Assembly: GCA_032718475.1 (NCBI GenBank)
Contig: JAUCBJ010007524.1
Location: 236,637-300,636 of the forward strand
Length of the DNA stretch: 64,000 nucleotides
Direction: 5' to 3'
Source: Nemertoderma westbladi
Lineage: Eukaryota > Animalia > Xenacoelomorpha
Made by a program: the position numbers and the translations under genes. Positions 62,201 to 64,000 of the stretch are shown here, one piece after another; the stretch's first letter is position 1, and every line of letters starts with the position of its first letter. Below the pieces are notes generated by a model. It made no database searches. It saw only the letters and a program-made list of their open reading frames with translations, and was not told where the DNA came from.

Positions 62201-64000
62201 GCAACTTATTCAAACTCATTCCAGAATATTCGGCAGCCGCATCATTTACAATTCGAATTTCTCCTGGTTTATTCGCATTTTCGACAAAGTGAGTAGGTAA
62301 ATAATATGTTCGCGGTGACTCTATTAAATCATTTCCTGCTAGAATTCTGGCATGATCATTCTTCAAATACTCATGTAAGTTTTCAACATACAATTTCTCA
62401 ATCTCAGGTCTTTTAGACAGGCGTTTCTTTAAACCTTTTAGTCTCTGTATAGCTAATGCTTTGTTGTTTTTTAAACATCTTTCTTCGTCTTTCCACAACA
62501 TACCTATGGTATAGTGACCATTTTTGAATGTAATTGTATTTTTCAAAATTTCTAATGACTTAAGATCTTCCTTCGAATAACCGAGTTCGATGTTGTCTAC
62601 ATCCATCATGTCAACGTCCCAAAACTCCTTCATGTGATTATCCAAGATTTCATCTTTTCCTCTTTGCAAATCCTTTAATTGTTGTATCAATTCAATCGGA
62701 ATAGTTTTATGTATTTCCTCATGAACTAAATATGTGCAATATTGGGATAACCCTGGACTAGGATAAATTGGACCTAGGGCTGTCCAACCAAAAACTGTCT
62801 CGATGGCCACTGGATCTATATCACGTGGTCCTGGAACTTCATTTAGATGCCTATGTGCAGCTGGAGTTGTAATACCAATTATTAAAGTTACAGCTGGGAT
62901 ATCAACATCTATAAATTCTGGAATATGTCTGAGATGCTGATACTTTTCTCGAGCCTCATCATTTAATTTATATTTCTCAAATTTGACATTGTCTTTAACT
63001 AATACATTATTTATTCTGGTCGAATAATCATATCCTGGCATAATAGCATCAACTATAAGACTAACTTGCCCAACTTTAGTACGCTGGTTATTAGATGTGA
63101 TTGTAGTCAAACTAATTTCAGTTTTCTCAGTTTGCAATTTCAACTCCTTGACCACAATTGTATCTGAAAATGTAAGACTTCCACCTGTATCAATTAATGC
63201 ATATGTCGTTAATGATGCATCCCCTTGACCAACTCCTTTTATTCGAACTGGAACTATCTTCTGCAACAATCTTGTTTGCTGCACTTCTTGAAAGTTGGAA
63301 ATAGCCTTCAGTGACGCCTGAATCATGTCCACTGATTTTTGAATTTCGATTTCCTCCCCCGCATTGGCTATTTCCTCATTAGGTCTACCAATTTCGGCTG
63401 ATTCATTACGGGCTGTAACATTTAGTTCACATAGCCTCTCAGCGTGAATTGATTCTGCAGAATCATATTTCACTTTATAGTGTCTTGATGCCATATTTGG
63501 GCCCCCCGCAGCGCTAGCACTGCCAATCATGTTAGTAGTGTTAGTAATCAGTTGTGTCGTCGGTGTCGATCTCACACTAAATGCATTACCACTACTAGTT
63601 ACATGCCCCATTTGTCCTGTTTGTCCGGGGCTTGTCATGTTACGCACATACAACTTAGGATCATAACCATGCAATAATGTATGATGACTACCATTACACA
63701 CATCACACCATATATTCCATGGACATTGATACATAATATGGCCCTTATTAGTACACCTATGACACACACCTTCACTCATAAGATAATTACCTCTCTGTAC
63801 AGTATCTAACTTAGCTAAGTTCATACATCGACCTACATGGTGCGTCCTTGCTGTTGGCAAATTTAACACTCTTTCACAATATATACAGTTTTTATCTCCT
63901 ACTACACCTGGTGTTATCGCAGTTGTAACTGGTCTCAGTTGTATCTGCCTACCAATATTGTATCCCCTCCCTCGAGGAACTGAACTATTGTACATATTAT
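59208..64000 (-). CDS. BEL/Pao Gag-Pol polyprotein copy C, intact, extends beyond the window
   Basis: Zinc knuckles (CHRCTNKGH, CDVCNGSHHTLLH), protease LIDTGG, RT (DIKKMFHQ, FYVDDG), RNaseH (FCDAS, IPRLEL, WSDS), integrase HHCC and DDE (VDYWGP, SDNGSNF, GGVWER); at least 1595 codons with no stop. Confidence 0.97.
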   Translation of the reverse strand, partial: NMYNSSVPRGRGYNIGRQIQLRPVTTAITPGVVGDKNCIYCERVLNLPTARTHHVGRCMNLAKLDTVQRGNYLMSEGVCHRCTNKGHIMYQCPWNIWCDVCNGSHHTLLHGYDPKLYVRNMTSPGQTGQMGHVTSSGNAFSVRSTPTTQLITNTTNMIGSASAAGGPNMASRHYKVKYDSAESIHAERLCELNVTARNESAEIGRPNEEIANAGEEIEIQKSVDMIQASLKAISNFQEVQQTRLLQKIVPVRIKGVGQGDASLTTYALIDTGGSLTFSDTIVVKELKLQTEKTEISLTTITSNNQRTKVGQVSLIVDAIMPGYDYSTRINNVLVKDNVKFEKYKLNDEAREKYQHLRHIPEFIDVDIPAVTLIIGITTPAAHRHLNEVPGPRDIDPVAIETVFGWTALGPIYPSPGLSQYCTYLVHEEIHKTIPIELIQQLKDLQRGKDEILDNHMKEFWDVDMMDVDNIELGYSKEDLKSLEILKNTITFKNGHYTIGMLWKDEERCLKNNKALAIQRLKGLKKRLSKRPEIEKLYVENLHEYLKNDHARILAGNDLIESPRTYYLPTHFVENANKPGEIRIVNDAAAEYSGMSLNKLLMQGPNIYNSIFGCLMRFRCHSICFMCDIKKMFHQLRTTDSDSDTMRILWFDGPIEDFPESGNLDDFTVMQMRVHAFGKKDSPCVATYGLKQAALDQREHFSIEVIRAILYGFYVDDGLNSQPTVEKALRVAMGIIKCLDNRGFNVTKFISNSVEFLSNLPKEKVIGLQDVPKDLDLDGVSSMLISSSRALGVKWIPSKDVFTYSTNKETYRLTKRGSLSLLSSVYDPIGFLTPFILKGKLLLREMWKAKLTWDAKLPKDIIKEWLLWKDDIIGLEQLQIPRPFFKTRDTDDIYSIHHFCDASEAGYGAVSYLRRQPLNGCVETALIMSKARVAPMKKVTIPRLELLAAVIAIRNARIIIKELPLVEDPCGVRHYYWSDSMVALQYIANNEHRFQVFVANRVQEIMGTSEVEHEQWHHCAGKDNPADFLSRGLTAKHLLAEDKWWNGPAFLKDCEETWTPPINEMHLNLPKDAEISYKGSLKGVSYWIAADDDGMESVKKLLTHSNSFTDTCRKLGWIRRLVDWRIKMMRGEKVKFSPLTVSEINSCARGIIGFEQRRKYCDEYETLAQDKLISGSSQLKSLCPKLVNGIMKIDSRIKNADIPIDHKEPIIIPKDSWIINSLIYDVHWKILHKGEDHTLAKLRETYWIVQARPRIRRLLKKCYVCRKRNAELLVQRMGDLPRERLVIGGLPFETCGVDYWGPVMCKRVRTTMKVYGVLFTCLSTRAVHLDIAESASTDAFLCAYRRFISTRGNVRLMYSDNGSNFIGANNELTQVVKDLNKHKLQSELAARNITWKNITPINPHAGGVWERMVRSTKEALAATIGNKTVTFDVLRTALAEIQYSINSRPLFQVTDNPSGITAITPNKILGVGGGIGLPLETPDPGDLSSRKAWRRSQECANEFWDMWQKFYLPTLHKRKINQFVTRNVRKGDLVLLKDDSNRRNHWNLARVCDVFPGNDGLVRTVELQTSSGKLKRSIERCCLLEEELVEAVNKTSE

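Overview
Eukaryotic, very probably invertebrate animal, genomic DNA (GT-AG introns, TATA/CCAAT promoters, tRNA-derived SINEs), AT-rich and dominated by transposons. Host genes: intronless BLOC1S1 and COMMD2 only 501 bp apart, a two-exon internally duplicated EF-hand protein, and the TM3-TM7 part of a class A GPCR. Mobile DNA: three BEL/Pao LTR retrotransposons (decayed copy A with nested insertions; copy B with an intact gag-protease ORF but RT/RNaseH/integrase deleted in frame; copy C with an intact pol), a related solo LTR, RTE LINEs, a CRE-type fragment, SINEs, and hAT, CMC/EnSpm, P-like and other MITEs. Best leads: (1) an intact orphan 569-aa intronless gene with its own TATA/Inr/CCAAT/CRE promoter whose protein appears to contain several PC4/whirly-like ssDNA-binding repeats plus an NLS, probably from a large DNA element or virus; (2) a Cys/His-rich accessory ORF in the env position of the BEL A/B family, conserved between the two diverged copies, with repeated PPT-like motifs nearby; (3) a 3.6-kb 15-bp satellite that is an amplification of the left terminal inverted repeat of a TTAA (Kolobok-like) MITE. 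All family assignments are by eye; no searches were run.
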